Part shown: piece by piece, positions 23,641 through 39,701 of the stretch | Layout: each line of letters begins with the position of its first letter | Numbering within the stretch: the stretch's first letter is position 1 | Translations under genes and position numbers: made by a program | The notes under the pieces: model-generated | Databases searched by the model: none | The model's input: the letters and a program-made list of their open reading frames with translations, nothing else | Told to the model about the DNA's origin: nothing | Assembly: GCF_009914755.1 (NCBI RefSeq) | Contig: NC_060926.1 | Source: the human T2T-CHM13v2.0 reference genome, Homo sapiens | DNA length: 64,000 bases | Strand: one strand, 5' to 3'

Positions 23641-25113
23641 TAATTTTTAAATAGATGATGTAGGTAGTTATCAACTTACTATTAATTTAGATTCTACTGA
23701 AAACAATTTAAAGAGTGATGTGACAGCTTATTTTAAAATGTCAGTATTTTAAATATGCTGGAAATTATAGCCTTTTTAACAATTTAAACTATTTGATATT
23801 TTAGATATTAAGAATTTGTGAAAGGGTAGTTTTTCAAAATTCTTTTAGGAAACATAGGATCAGAAATCTTGAAGACTCCTGGTTTCGATACTGTCACAGT
23901 CTCCTCCACTCCCATCCAGTGCAGTTCATGTCCCCCATTCATTCCTTTGATTCATGCCACATAGGGCCATTGTAATTCCCCAAATGTACATCGTCACCTT
24001 TGTACGTCCTATTCCCTCTGTCTCTTCGTACTCTTTCAAAACTCTGGTTTTGCGTTACCTCTTTTGTGAAAACATCTGTATTCTCTATACAACAGTGTGT
24101 TTAGAGTAGACTAGTCTGTATGAAAATGCCCAGACGGGGCAGAGGACTGAAGGAAATTAGTTACTTTCCTTGATGTACTGCACTTTTGTTAACAAAGCTA
24201 GACTGTTAGGTTTCCCTCACAGGCTTAATCACATGATTGATCCACCAGAAGGCGCAGTAGATAGAGCCTCCCCACATATTTTCCCATGAACTGCTCTCAA
24301 CCAAGATCCCAGTTCCTGTTGTTCCCGTAACCATTTTTTCTAACTTCAGTGTATTTATTCCTGATTTCATCTTGTTGGTTTTGATCTGTTTTTCTCTCTT
24401 ACTAAGATCACTTGGAGTTCTGATACTCTGTGTCTTCACAAATACATTAACAAGCCATTGTTCCCAGCTTGCTTTTTGGGAAAATTGATAAATATGTCTT
24501 ATGCAGCCTCAGGATCTTCATAAAAATTGAGAACAAAAGAATTTCGTAGGTTTTAATTTTTTAACCAAGAGATACCAAAATCTGATGACGTGTGAAAATT
24601 GGAACATTTTCTTGTCTACAGTCCTCCAATGCACTTAATCTTCCAAAGATTACCTCCTGCCTTATTACATCTGCACATCTTTTCAGTTCTTTGCGATTTA
24701 ACTTATTTATTTGATTTCCAAGGCCCTATGTAAGGGCTCTCTCATCAGTTTTCTGCACCAATGTTTATGCTACCCTTTTCAGTTGCAAATTGTTATCTCT
24801 TTTTCTTTTGTGGAGACAGAGTCTCCTTCTGTCTCCTGGAGTGCAGTGGCAAGATCTCAGCTCACTGCAACCTCTGCCTCCTGAGTTCAAGCAGTTCTCC
24901 TACCTCAGCCTCCGAGTAGCTGGGACTACAGGCGCGCGTCACTCTGCCCAGCTAATATTTCTATTTTTAGTAGAGACGGGGTTTCACATGTTGGCCAAGC
25001 TGGTCGCAAACTCCTGACCTCAGGTGATCCGCCGGGGCCTCCCAAAGTGTTGGGGTTACAGGGGTGAGCTACCACACCTGGCCCTGTTATCACTGATGGC
25101 CACATATTAATAT

Positions 25114-25726
<613 letters not shown>

Positions 25727-26088
25727 TATCATCTTTGCTAAGTATCCCTCTTCTTTATTATCTGCCATTAGCATTCATTAAATGTTTTCTCTGTGCTACC
25801 CTTCCAAGCACTATACATGCTTCATCTCATTCAAGTCTCATTACCTCTCCATAATTAACTTCATTTAAATTTGAGGAAACTGGGGCACAGAGAGGTTAAG
25901 TAACTTGCCCCTGGTTACACAGCAAGGAAGTCATAGAGCTAGAATATGAGCCCAAATCATCTCATTCAAATCCTAGCACTTCTATATCAACATGGCCCCT
26001 CATTTGTTATCTGAAATCAGTGCAGTAGAAAATAGGAGAGTAGTTCTAAGTCCCAGCCAAGCATCAGACTCAGGTGGAGTATTTTTCG

Positions 26089-26395
<307 letters not shown>

Positions 26396-26884
26396 TAACC
26401 AACTTTATTGAGGTAGAATTTACATGCCATAAAATTACCCATTTTATGTGTACAGCTTTATGTTTTTTTATTAATTTAGCAAGCTGTACAACCATTACCA
26501 CATTCCAGCTTTAGGACTTTTTTTTTTTTTTTTAGTCTGTATTAGTGCATTTTTTTTTATACTTTAAGTTCTGAGGACATTTTCATCATCCTGTGGAACT
26601 TTTTTAACACACAATTTTGAGTCCCAAACTGGACTTCAGTCAGAATTTATGGGTGGAGTCGGAGCTCCACGAGTGATTCCGATTTGCAGCCATGAACTAT
26701 TAGTCTGGCCATAGTGGGAAGGACTGATAAGAGGACTGCATCCGGACCACACATCTAGGCTCTCTGAAATCTGCCTTCTGACCTGTTCCACCCCACTGCC
26801 CACTACTTCTCCCCAGGCGTCTCTGATAGTCAGGCGAACAGTCTCAGCCTCTGAGGCAGGTCTGGTCCTCAACCCATACATGTA

Positions 26885-27658
26885 CAGTTGACCCTGGAAC
26901 AATACAGCAGGTGGGGTGTCAACCCCAAGCAGTTGAAAATCAAGTTGAAAAAAAGTATAACTTTTGGCTCCTCCAAAACTTAATTACTAATAGCCTACTG
27001 TTGGCCAGAAGCCTTACCAATAACATAAACCATTGATTAACATATATTCTGAGGCCGGGCACGGTGGCTCACACCTGTAATCCTAACACTTTGGGAGGCT
27101 GAGGCAGGTGGATCACTTGAGCCCAGGAGTTCAAGATTGGGCTGGGCAACATGGCAAAATTCTATCTCTACAAAAATTAGGCATGGTGGCACATGCTGTA
27201 GTCCCAGCTACTTAGGAGGCTGAGATGGGAAGATAGATTGAGCCCAGGAGGTCAAGGCTGCAGTGAGCTATGATTGTGCCACTGCATTCCAGCCTGGGCC
27301 ACAGAGTAAGACCCTGCCTCAAAAAAAGAATTTTAAAAACATATATCCTGCATGTTATATGTATTATATACTGTATTCTTAACAATAAAACAAGCTAGAG
27401 AAAAGAAAGTCATAAGAAAAGAAATAGGTTACTGTTCATTAAGTGGAAGTGGATCATCATAAAGGTCTTCATCATCTTTACATTGAGTAGGCTGAGGAGG
27501 AGTTGGTTTTGCTCTCTGCGATTGCAGAGAAAGAAGAGGTGGAGGAGTTAGAAGGGGAGGCTGGAAAGGCAGGCATACTCGGTGTAACTTTTTTTGAAAA
27601 AAATCTGTGTGTAAGTGGCACTGTGCAGTTCAAACCCATGTTGTTCAAGGGTCACCTG
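26885..27658. mobile_element. Tigger2a/MER28-like DNA transposon split by an Alu at 27053-27330 (+)
   Basis: TIRs CAGTTGACCCTGGAACAA / TTGTTCAAGGGTCACCTG flanked by TA. Confidence 0.82.
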
Positions 27659-28147
27659 TATTTGTTTCAGTCCCCATGCCTTTGCTTATGTTGTTCGTCC
27701 TACCTGAAATGTGCTCCTCCTCTTCTAAGGGCCTGCTCACTTTCTAGAGAACTCAAGTGCCTCTTCTCTTTTCTTCGAGAATCTTTCTGTCGCCACTCTT
27801 GTCTCTCCAGGAAGGGTCCATGCTCTTGCATCCCTCACCTGCCATTGTACTGTGTGTGGGAATTCTGTCTCACCAGAGTATAAGATCTGGGAGGTGGGAA
27901 TAAATGTTACACACATCTCTTTTCTTAGTACTGGACATAGAGCTAGCAGACATCCGACTTGGTTGTGATGATGGTTGCACAGCTCTCTAAATTTTCCAAA
28001 AATTGTTGAATTATATACATAAAATCAGTAATTAATTTATGGTTATACCTTAGTAAGGTGGTAAAAGCTTCACAGATGAGTCTGATGCTCAGGGCACGTT
28101 AATTATGTTTAATACTTGGTGGCAGTGATACATCTCTTAATTTTTAA

Positions 28148-28550
<403 letters not shown>

Positions 28551-29226
28551 TAAGTAGCTGGGAAGTTCTGGGATTACAGGCGTGAGCCACTGTGCCTGGC
28601 TGGTAGAGTCTATTTCAATAAACATGATGCTTAGACAAACTTTCCAAGATATTCATGCCTGCAGGGGTATCCTAGAAGTAGGTGGTATTCTTTGCCTACC
28701 TGCAGTTAATTATGTAGACATCTGCTTGATTGAGTGGGAGACTGTGACTGACATCCATGTATCTAGGCGCCTGCAGCAGGAAAATGCCAAACACAGCATG
28801 CTTCTGATGTTGTATGTGTGCTTTCCTGCATGGAGGCTGTCATCCAAAGTGGAGGGTGCACAAGACGCTCAGCTTATAAGGATGGGCTGCATGTGTTGGT
28901 CATTCAGTCAGCAAATACTCAGTTAAATACCCCTGGGTGCCTAGCACTGTACTTGGCAAAAAGGACATAAGGGTAAACAAATTGAAGTCCTCAAGGAGTT
29001 TGCAATCTGGTGGGAAGATGGATAAGAAATAAAGCGATGATAATAGAATGAATTATTTTACAGGGATTGAGGGGGTAGGTTTTAGAAGATTGCGAGTTGG
29101 TGATGGTTGCTATTCTAATTTATGCTTAATGTCATGGGTCATTGGAAGTAATATTGTATATGAAAAGTTAGTTCCAGTCCATTGGAGCAGCTTTACTCAT
29201 TTCTCAGTATAGATAATGAATTTTAA

Positions 29227-29487
<261 letters not shown>

Positions 29488-29858
29488 TAATCCCAGCACT
29501 TTGGCGGGTGGATCATAAGGTCAGGAGTTCAAGACCAGCCTGGCCAACATGGTGAAACTCCATCTCTACTAAAAATACAAAAATTAGGCGTGGTGGCAGG
29601 CACCTGTAATTCCAGCTACTCGGGAGGCTGAGGCACATAATTGCTTGAACCCGGGAGGTGGAGGTTGTAGTGAGCCAAGATCGAACCACTGCACTCCAGC
29701 CTGGGCGACAGAGCGAGACTCCGTCTCAAAAAAGAAAAGAAAAAAGGAGTGTGAGCAGATTAAAATCAAACAGAATTCAGAATTCAGCCAGGCACTGTAG
29801 CTCATGCCTGTAATCCCAGCACTTTGGGAGGCCAAGGCGGGCAGATCACTTGAGGTCA

Positions 29859-29993
<135 letters not shown>

Positions 29994-30359
29994 TCATCTC
30001 AAAAAATGAAAAGAAAGCAGCTTAAGACCAGTTTTGCAAAACCATTTTTGAGATTTAGTAACTGCCCAAATCCTAATTCCCTTTCATTACTTGGAAATTA
30101 AATCTTTAAAAATCAAAATTTGGTTCCCTGTAAAAATAAAATAGTTGGTAGAACTTTCTTGATGTTTGAAAGGTTGAAAGGATTCTCCCGTTTTATAAAC
30201 AGTACTAAATTAGTAGATAAATGGGTTGGTTGGAACTCTCAGCTCATTTCTCTATTGAAACACTGTGGTGGGTAGTTTCCTACACCAGTCAGCAGAAGCT
30301 CATATAATCCATAAAGCAGCTAAACTAAAGGTCTAATGTTCTGAGTTTTGTGAATTTGA

Positions 30360-30695
<336 letters not shown>

Positions 30696-32570
30696 TAGCC
30701 CCACCCTTTGGTTTTTATACCAGTTATTTCCAGGTCCTCTTCTAGCCCTAGGTAAAATGAAATGGGTGGGTTTCCTTGCCTTCCTTTCCATGTCCCTCTT
30801 ACTGGGCTCTGGGGCCCTCATGTTACTGTAAAGGACCCGATCATACTCTCCAGTCATAATACCTAGCTTCAGTTCAGGGCTCCCGAAAGTATACCCTGTA
30901 TAGAATGCCCTGCCTCTTCAAAATCTAATTTTCAGAGAAAAAAAAAATCTGGGTAGATGAATTCAAACTAATGTGTAAAACAAAGTATTTTCCATGACAC
31001 GGTTTCATCCAGCAGTCCTTGGTATTTATTGTTCATTCCCTCCTTCCATTTTTGAATCTAGAGATTGTCTAAAAAATTTCAAGCATTTTCATAGTGGTTC
31101 CATTCTGTGAATAATCTTTAAAGGATACTGGTGGTAATGAGCAGGGCAATAAATTAGGTGTTTGTACGTCAGAGATCCATAGTAACCCAGTTTGGCCTGC
31201 AAACTATGAAATTATTACACAAATGTGGAGATTTGGCTTTAAATGTTTGCATTTAAAATTGTAAGCAGTGAGTAGCAAAAATCTAACCTCTAGCATTCTA
31301 AAACCAGAACTCTTAAATAACCTTTCCTTATTTCATCACTGTCCTTATAGAAGTTGATGGTCACAGTGATGATACTAAGACATGTCAGAAATGCAAGGCA
31401 CATTCTCGGCAAAGAGCCATGGTTTTGTTCAGTTGGTATTGTGCCATAAAGAGCCCTTGGCTTGAAAGGACCCAAGGGCTCACCATGTGGTTTTAGCCAG
31501 ATGTTAATTAAGCTGGATGGCACCTAAGATCCCTTCTAGTTTAAACAGGCTATGATTATAGTTTTTATAATCAATCAAATTTTCCTTTCCTGTCTTTAAA
31601 AATAAATTCTTCAAAATGAATAATACCTGTATGGGTGTATATGAAAGTTCTGGGTTAAATATGTGGGTTAACCATTCCTTCACCACTCCTAATAATAGTC
31701 TTACCATATTCATAATTCCTTAGAAAAGTACTTCCTATAAAAATTGGTCCCTTGTGTGTGAAAATAATAAATGAAGCAATATATTTGAGAACTGTGCTTC
31801 TCAGCTCTTGTAATACTCAGCCTCCTTAATAAATATTAATGTTGTTACCTCGCCTGCACTCCATCCTCCTCTACATTAGGAAAGACAGTGGTTAAGAACT
31901 CTTATTAGCCTGGGCAAGATGGTGAGACCTTATCTCTACAAAAATTTAAAAAGTAGCTGGGTATGGTGGTGCACACTTGTGGTCCCAGCTATACGAGAGG
32001 CTGAGGCAGGAGGATCACTTGAGCCCAGGAGGTAGAGGCTGCAGTGACCGTGATCATGCCACTGCACTCCAGCCTGGGTGACAGAGTGAGACCCTGTCTC
32101 AAAATGAAACAAAAAAAGAACTCTTATTAGCCCTCAGACCTCTGTCTGCTACTTCTCTAATCAATGGTTTCTTTTTTTAAAGATGTAAAATAGAATAATA
32201 GTATGTTGTTAAAGATTGCTGAAGAGATAGTAAGATCATACCTGTTAAGTTAGTGATTATAATTCTGTCATTATCTTGTACTTTCCCAGCCACACACATT
32301 TAGTTTTATTTTCTGTGAGTTTAATTTAAATAATTTTTTTCTAAAATATGATTTATTACTAATTCTTTTTTAAACTACACATGCTTTCTCCATCCCCCTC
32401 CCCGCCACCCTCCCTTCCCCCGGCCATTGAGAATCACATCTTTCCAAGAAATAGTCCAGCCCCTATGGAAGTCTGGTTTTTGTTCTTATTGGGTCTATAA
32501 ACCTTGAGTTGTGAAGATACCGGTTGTTTCATACATAGTATGATGTTTTACATTTCTTTGTAATATCTGA

Positions 32571-32762
<192 letters not shown>

Positions 32763-35700
32763 ATCAGAAGTTTCACTTGTTTCTCAGTTATTGGATATGT
32801 ATCTTTGTGTACATATCTTTGCAAAAATGGATAAGTACAAAACTTGATGTAAATTGTACCAATGAATATGTAAACATACAGTGACAACATTAAACTTAGA
32901 AAAGTTTTAAAACTTAATGGATCAGACTTTGCCAGATTTGGTTAGGGAAACAGAAATTTAGAATGGTGCATTATTTTTAACAAATGGTATTGGCTTAACT
33001 AGTTGTTTCAGTTATGCTCTTTTAGTTGCAAGGAATCTCAAGTGGGACAAACATAAAAAGACTCAAAAGCTACAAGTTAGCTCAAGCAATGTGACATTAT
33101 TTCAAGGATATGTGCCGGGGAATTCAGGAACCACCTCACCAACCCCATCTCCCACTCAGAAATCACCTCCCAGCCTCAGGAAGAGTAGAAATTGGGTGGT
33201 GCTCCTCAGCAGGGGAAGGTGGATGTTTAGGCTTGGGCTCTGCATGCATGTGACTTGCTTCTTTTTGCATTGTTAACTCCATTCTCTCTATTCACCAACT
33301 TCTCTACACAGCTTTTGCATACTTACAGTTTCTGTTCCTTTGTAATAACTTTAACTTGCACCTTTGAGGTTCTTTTCTACATGATGACCTTCAGCTCCTG
33401 CTGCTAGTCTCCAATTGCCAAGGGAATTTAACTGGGCCAGACTACCTTTTTATACTAGGTCTGGTTGGGTCATTGTCTAGAGTAGGGATTGGCTGTCCTT
33501 AAGTCAGGAGCCCGCTTTGTATTAGCAGGTTTGCATGCAGCAAAAAAACAGTTATGTGAGCAGTTTCACTTGGAGGTTCACATGGGGTGGCAGCACACTT
33601 AACATCTAACACACCAGGTTCATTGTGTTCATAACACTTGTCATTTACTGTAACAACATTTTTTCATAGGAGAGTAAATAGCCCTTCAGCATGCTCATTC
33701 ATGAAACAGAAGAGGCTGTACAAGTGAAGACAAGGGCTTTTTATGCAAGTTTTGAAAGATAGGTATTTATTTTTTCTAGAGACAGGAGTTTTGCTCTGTT
33801 GCCCAGGCTGGAGTGCAGTGGTGCAATCATAGCTCATTGAAGCCTCGCACTCCTGGGCTCAAGTGGTCCTCCTGCCTCAGCTTACTGAGTAAGGATATGT
33901 ATTTCTTAAAAGTTAGTTTATCCACTTCAGATTTCATGTTTTCATTTGTAAGGATAAACTTTTCCCACAAATTTTCAACAATCATTGTAGAAACTAAGGG
34001 GGAGAAAGTAATCTCAGTTGTTTTAGAAACGAAAAAGTTAAGCATTGTTTACTTGAAGTGGGCAGGGAAGCAGCACTGAGTAAAGTTCAATTGAGTGGTT
34101 ACAGTCTAGGGCAGTGGTTCCCAACTCTCCGATCAGAATCATCTGGGAAGCATTTTCAAACAGCAAAGTACTTTGAAAACCATTATTAAATAGAATTATG
34201 CATGAATTACTGTTTCAGATCCTTTAATGTGGTAGTTGGTAATAATAAGATGAAATTCCTCTGTTGTTAGTAAAATTATGAAATTGAAGTTCTGCAGCAT
34301 GTCAGGCCAGGATTATTAGGGAGATTCCTCGAAACTAGTGTGTGTTTATTAAAAGGAGAAAGGATAACAATAGAATGTTCTAAAACCAGAAGTCCAAGTG
34401 CGTGTCTACTTATGGGACCAATAAATAAAGAACAGACATTTGATTTGAGGTGAGGTAAAAGCCTGAAACATGGAATGGCATTCTGTTTTGATGGATTTTC
34501 ATTTCTTCGCACTTCTGAGACGGCAAAGCCAACCACTTAGAAGCCTTCCACATCTTTGTCACCTGCCTGGCTCCTGCTCTCTGATGTACCTCTGGGTAGT
34601 GAGATGGAAATGGTGCCTGCAGAAGTTGGGGAGAAGGATACTTTTGCACAGCCTCCATGATGTCTTTATTGCAAATATGGATGACAAGGGTCTCTGTTAC
34701 AGGGGCCTCAGAGCACCTTCGTTTCTCCTCTAGACCAGGGACAGGTGTAGAGATAAGGACTGGCAACCAGAGCCTCAGCATCCAAAGATGGACTGAAGTG
34801 GGATGGCTGACAGGCACATAACTTACGGGAAAGGGAATTTCATACATACGATTTTTGTTTTGTGGGTAGGAGGGCTTATCATCAACACTGATTTTATAAT
34901 CTGACAATAAATGTCTTTCATTAAAGAGTTTACCTAAATGATGTTCGATTATATGTATAATTTATAAAATATTTATGTATAGTTTGTTTATTCAGGTATA
35001 TGTATAATTTATTGAACACCTACTATGTCCCAGCATATCTACAAAACTGGGTACATACATACTGTCTAACTGCTAATCCACATTTCCAGTCTTACAAAGG
35101 ACATAATGATTAGTTAAGCCCTAATTTAGATTTGAGGAAACTGAAGCTGAGAGAGGGTTAAGTAAATTACCCAAAGTACAGCTAATAAGACCCAGAATCT
35201 CAGTCTCACTCCTTGGGATCCTGTGTATTTCCCTGAGTCTTCTAACATATGAAAATTCATATCTAAATCAACAAGTGACTGTAATCTGGTACTATAAATA
35301 CTAAATAAACACTTCTTCATAACACTGTACCAATTCAGCTTTTAAATTTTATTACTTTGCTTTCCTGTCCTTTGCCAACTCTTAACCTAGTTAATCCTAG
35401 TTCTGTTGACATTGGACCAGGCTCAGTAAATAAACGAATGGATTTCCAGCCTTTTTTTCCCATCTGTTCCTGCTTTTAGTCCTCTGAATCTGCTTCTTTT
35501 CTTACTGCTGCTTTATTTTACAGTGATTTTGTCAAACATAGAATACAGGACTAAAAATGCAAAGAAATTGGGTCTGTGTTTAATTTTGATGTTTCAAATT
35601 TTGAGCTTCCAAGTCTTTGTGGCCACCCAATGAAGTTTGAGTCTGCCTGTTCAGATGTGAAAGGTAAGGGCTGCAGCAGGTTTAAGGGTGGCCCTTCACC

Positions 35701-35885
35701 ACCCTGTTGTCACCTGCACAGGCACTCCCCCATTTGCAGATGAAGAAATGTTCAGAGAAGAAAAATGATGGACCAAACGTCTGTTTGCACAATTGAAACT
35801 CTACCAGTGGACTATTCTATTTTCACAGCTACCTAGTTTCTGCCGATGATTTTTTTAAATGTGAAATAAACAGTGATACTTTCAG
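32763..35885 (+). other. MRPL35: MRPL35 3' UTR region with several candidate poly(A) signals
   Basis: ATTAAA near 32889; AATAAA near 34420, 34906, 35305, 35429 and 35865 (the last is followed by GT-rich sequence). Exact transcript ends are inferred. Confidence 0.65.
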
Positions 35886-36094
35886 GTTTGTAGTTGTGTG
35901 ATGAACTGGTTTTCAAAACATTTATATCATCTGATTTTCTTTCCCTCTCAACATCCTATGCAACAGGCACGGGGCCAAGTCACCAGGCCAGTCGGTGGCT
36001 GAACACTCAGCTTCTAATCCTTGCTACCTCCCATATTTGAAAAAAAGTATTTCCTGTTTCCTTTTAAGCCCAACATTACAAAGATGTTTTTTAA

Positions 36095-39000
36095 AAGAAA
36101 AATGTTAAGACTTTATTCAAGATGTGTATCAGGCATTATAACAAAACAGCAGAACTTCAACCTTTGGAATACTGTAATTTTACATCCCTTTGATGCACAG
36201 TCCAGTATACTATTTTATTACAGATCATTCTATAGGGACTACAGACATGAACTAGAGGAAATGTGCACAGTCAAAATCCAGAATATCAGCTCTGGGAGTG
36301 TACACTGTTAGAGGATGAAGCACATCCTTTGCCATTTCAAATACTGTGCCAGGTGGAGGACTAGGAAGGCTCAAAGATGGTCATGGTTGACAAGCACTCT
36401 TATCACAAACACATGGATAGCTTATCACGGAGAACACATTTCAAAGGCCAGCAAAGTGAGCAAGCTATTCACACAAAGCCAGGAGGGATTATGACTAAAC
36501 TCTCCAGTTTATAAGCACAAGTCCACATCTCACCTCCTCAGAACAGGTGCTCAATGGCAATTAACTAAAAGTTATGACATGAACATTACAGACTTTCCAG
36601 CTAGCATTTTGTAAACAGCCTGTGTCTGTAAGTCAGCAAATTAAAAACATTCAGTTGTATCCTCTAGACAGAACACCACACCACTACATGTACACTTACA
36701 GGCTTTCACATTTTATGTCAGTTCATACACAAATGTACAACTTGTCAGATACGTAAACACATTTTGCCAGAAATATGACAGCTGCTTTCAGTTGTACAGT
36801 GAGTGTCTTTAAGAGAGAAACCGACTCCCTAGTCAACACTTGAAGGAAAAATAGTTACATTTACATTAAGACAGAGTTTGGATACCTTTATATTTTTCAA
36901 TCTTGAATGAGAAGTAATAATACAGCATGTCTGAGAATAGAGCGCTTCAAACTTTTTTTGGCATAGTTAAGTGCAAACTTGATAACCTGTACTTGTCACA
37001 ACTCTCCATTGTAAAATGGCGAAAATATAGGTTGTTCACGATAGGATTTTAAACTGCTGCTAAAGGCAATTTATTGTTTCGGCAAAAAAAAAAAAATTGC
37101 TAAGAAGCTGTGTAAGCTTTTTTTTTTTTTTTTTTTTTTGCATTCGTTTCTGATAATTCTGGGTACTTCCAACTAACAGGTAAATACATTTTAAAGAGTA
37201 TATTCTTCTTCTGTCTGGAACTACTCAATGAGCACAAAGAAAACATTTTCTGTCTTCCTTAACAGATTTAGGTATTGGTGGGTGTGGGGCACAGAACATG
37301 AGCAAACAGCTTCTGTTTATCCTCTCAGCCACAAATTCGCTTTTAGGTATATTTTCCTATACCCTTTTGCAAATTACAAAATCACCTTCAGAGGAACTAT
37401 GGGTAGATGGGATTCCAATATGCATATCTGGCAACAATCAGCTTCAAATCAAACCCTTTCTGGGGTGGCTAAGATCCAGCTAATGTGTCATCAGCAAAGG
37501 CCTCTAATATGTGTTTGCGTAGTAATGGAACAGTTTTTAATTGGGCCTGTTTATAGTTGACTGACAGTAAGTTCTATATGGTATATAACACTAATTCTCT
37601 AGTCTTCTGGGCATATCTACGAACAAATACAATCCAAATATTATGAGTAACTGGGTTGTGACCACTGCATGCATTACACTGAAAGAAACACCAACTCGAA
37701 GCACAAATATATTATTCTTATATTTCGGCTCAGCTCTCAGTGGGGAGAGCAGCTACCTCGGACCACAATGCCATTTAAACCAGATTCTTTTCAAATAAAA
37801 TTCTCAATCTAAGTGGAAAGCCCCCTCAGAGAATGCCTTATTCCCCTACTAAGCAATCCAGGCTTGTATAAAACGTCTGATAAGGCCTGTAGTGCCCATT
37901 GAGTATGAGTCTGCTGTTTACATTCTGCACAGGCCAGGAGGGGAACAGAAGGTGTGAGCCACAGGTGCTCCTGGGTCTGACCAGCAAGTCTAACCCATGA
38001 AGATCTCGAGCTCCAAAACCATTCTAGAGCCCACCATTTTGATTGTTACACATGTGTTTCAGATGTATGTTATGGCATATCTGAAACAGCAGAGTTCTCA
38101 GTTTTTTGTGTGTTTGTTTTTGCTAAGCTAAACAAGTTTTGCTAGAGTTCGCTAAAACAAGGTGCTCAGAGTGTAAGCTCCTCTGTCAGGAAATCGGCAG
38201 CACTGGTCACGATAAAGGAGAAATCGTCCTTTGTCAAGCACAGAATTACTCCTTCCAGCAGCTCTACATGTTCCCATCCTCAAGAAATTGCACCAAGAGT
38301 GAGCTACCTGCCTATCCCTGGAAAAGATTCAGAAGCTCCTAATCCAGAATCCAGGGAGGAGATGAGCTTCCTGTGACTCTTCTCTTTTACTGGGATGTTC
38401 CCCTGACCTCTCATCACACTTTACTGTGTTGTGAAATATTGTTTCTCTTAGTTTGTAACTTGTCTGGTCTTTTGACTAAACAACTATCTAAAGAATATAG
38501 ACCACACTCCTGCAGGGAAAGGGATGTCTTACTGGAGTTGTATTTGGAAGCTTTATAAGCACATCTGAGACGTTCTCTAGAATCAAAATATTTGTCTATA
38601 TTTGTTTTTGCAGTTTTCTTACATATCAGAACCTCTGGCAGCCCTTGCAAGTCCATTATATTAAAAGCCAAAAGCCATAAATATGTACATCATAGTTCAA
38701 AGTATAAGTACCAAGAACAAAGAAAGTTGTAAAAAATGCTGTGTTTGCATTTACAGGACTAAAAACTAAGTATGCAACAGATAAATTACAAATGTACATC
38801 TCAGCAGCATAGGGGTGATTCTCTTATCTTTCTAAAAAACACACTGCTGTCTATAATGACAATCCAATTGTGGAAAATTACCAACCTCAGAAGACTTAAA
38901 GGTCACCACCCCCGCCCCTACTACCTTTCCCTTTAGCCTCTCCCCAGCAAAATAAAGAAAAGGGGGAAAAAAATAAATCCTTAAAAGTGGAAGGGGAGAG

Positions 39001-39131
39001 AGAAAAGGCCATGTTTGTGAGGCTGCACACTCAAAGCACACCCAGCTTGCGGATTTCTATGTTATTAGTGAATAGCTCTTTAAGGCAGAGAAGAAACATT
39101 CTGTGGATCCGGTGCTGTTGGCTCATCTCAC
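36095..39131 (-). other. REEP1: REEP1 3' UTR (~3 kb), distal AATAAA at 36117-36112, proximal AATAAA at 37075-37070
   Basis: Alu-free stretch downstream of the stop codons, with TTTATT on the + strand at both sites. Confidence 0.8.
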
Positions 39132-39203
39132 TCACGTGGTTTCGGTGGCCGAGGATGAGGTACTTTTCTTCCTGAAGCGAGATCGAAGGATTCTAGGCGG
39201 TGC
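39132..39203 (-). CDS. REEP1: REEP1 last exon, long-isoform frame: APPRILRSRFRKKSTSSSATETT*
   Basis: Phase-0 reading after the 152-nt exon, TGA at 39134-39132. Confidence 0.85.
   Translation of the reverse strand, partial: APPRILRSRFRKKSTSSSATETT
39193..39203 (-). CDS. REEP1: REEP1 last exon, short-isoform frame: (G)TA*
   Basis: tctctaccag acceptor. The phase-1 join from exon 6 gives ...SSSGTA TAG, the known end of the 201-aa protein. Confidence 0.93.
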
Positions 39204-39701
39204 CTGGTAGAGAAAACAGAAAGGTGTCCCTCAGTTTGGTGTAAATGTGGGATCTTTTGAGGTCAGCACCTGGAAGGCATTGTGTTGAGACTTCCAGCTC
39301 CTTTGGCCAAATGCAGCTGGCTAGGGCTGGGGTCTCCCTGAATCTCCGCAACAGGAAGCAATCATCAGAGTCCCATCCCACATATCGCATGAAGCTGAGC
39401 CCTTTGAGAGGCTGATGCCTCCCTCTTAAATTATGCTCCTCAATCTCCCAAGGGAACGGTTGTGCAGAATGACACATCTTTCTTGTTTCTGCCTGAGGAG
39501 CAAAATTATCTTAAATGATTCAGCAGAAAGAGACACCTCCGCATGCTTCCTTTGCTTTTGTTATTTCCTTTGGGAACCAGCCTAATGTGTTTTGGTACAT
39601 GCCTCAAATTTCCATCATCAAATTTCCAGTCCCCTTTCTGGATGAGAAACCTCTTAATGTACAGCACACCACACCACAAAGGCAAACACCACCTTGAAGT
39701 A

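Noticed and set aside
37118-37139. A-run in the REEP1 3' UTR (T-run on +) as a transcript end or retrocopy tail
   Set aside because: It is a genomic homopolymer with no TSD or element body, and more likely a source of oligo-dT internal-priming artefacts.
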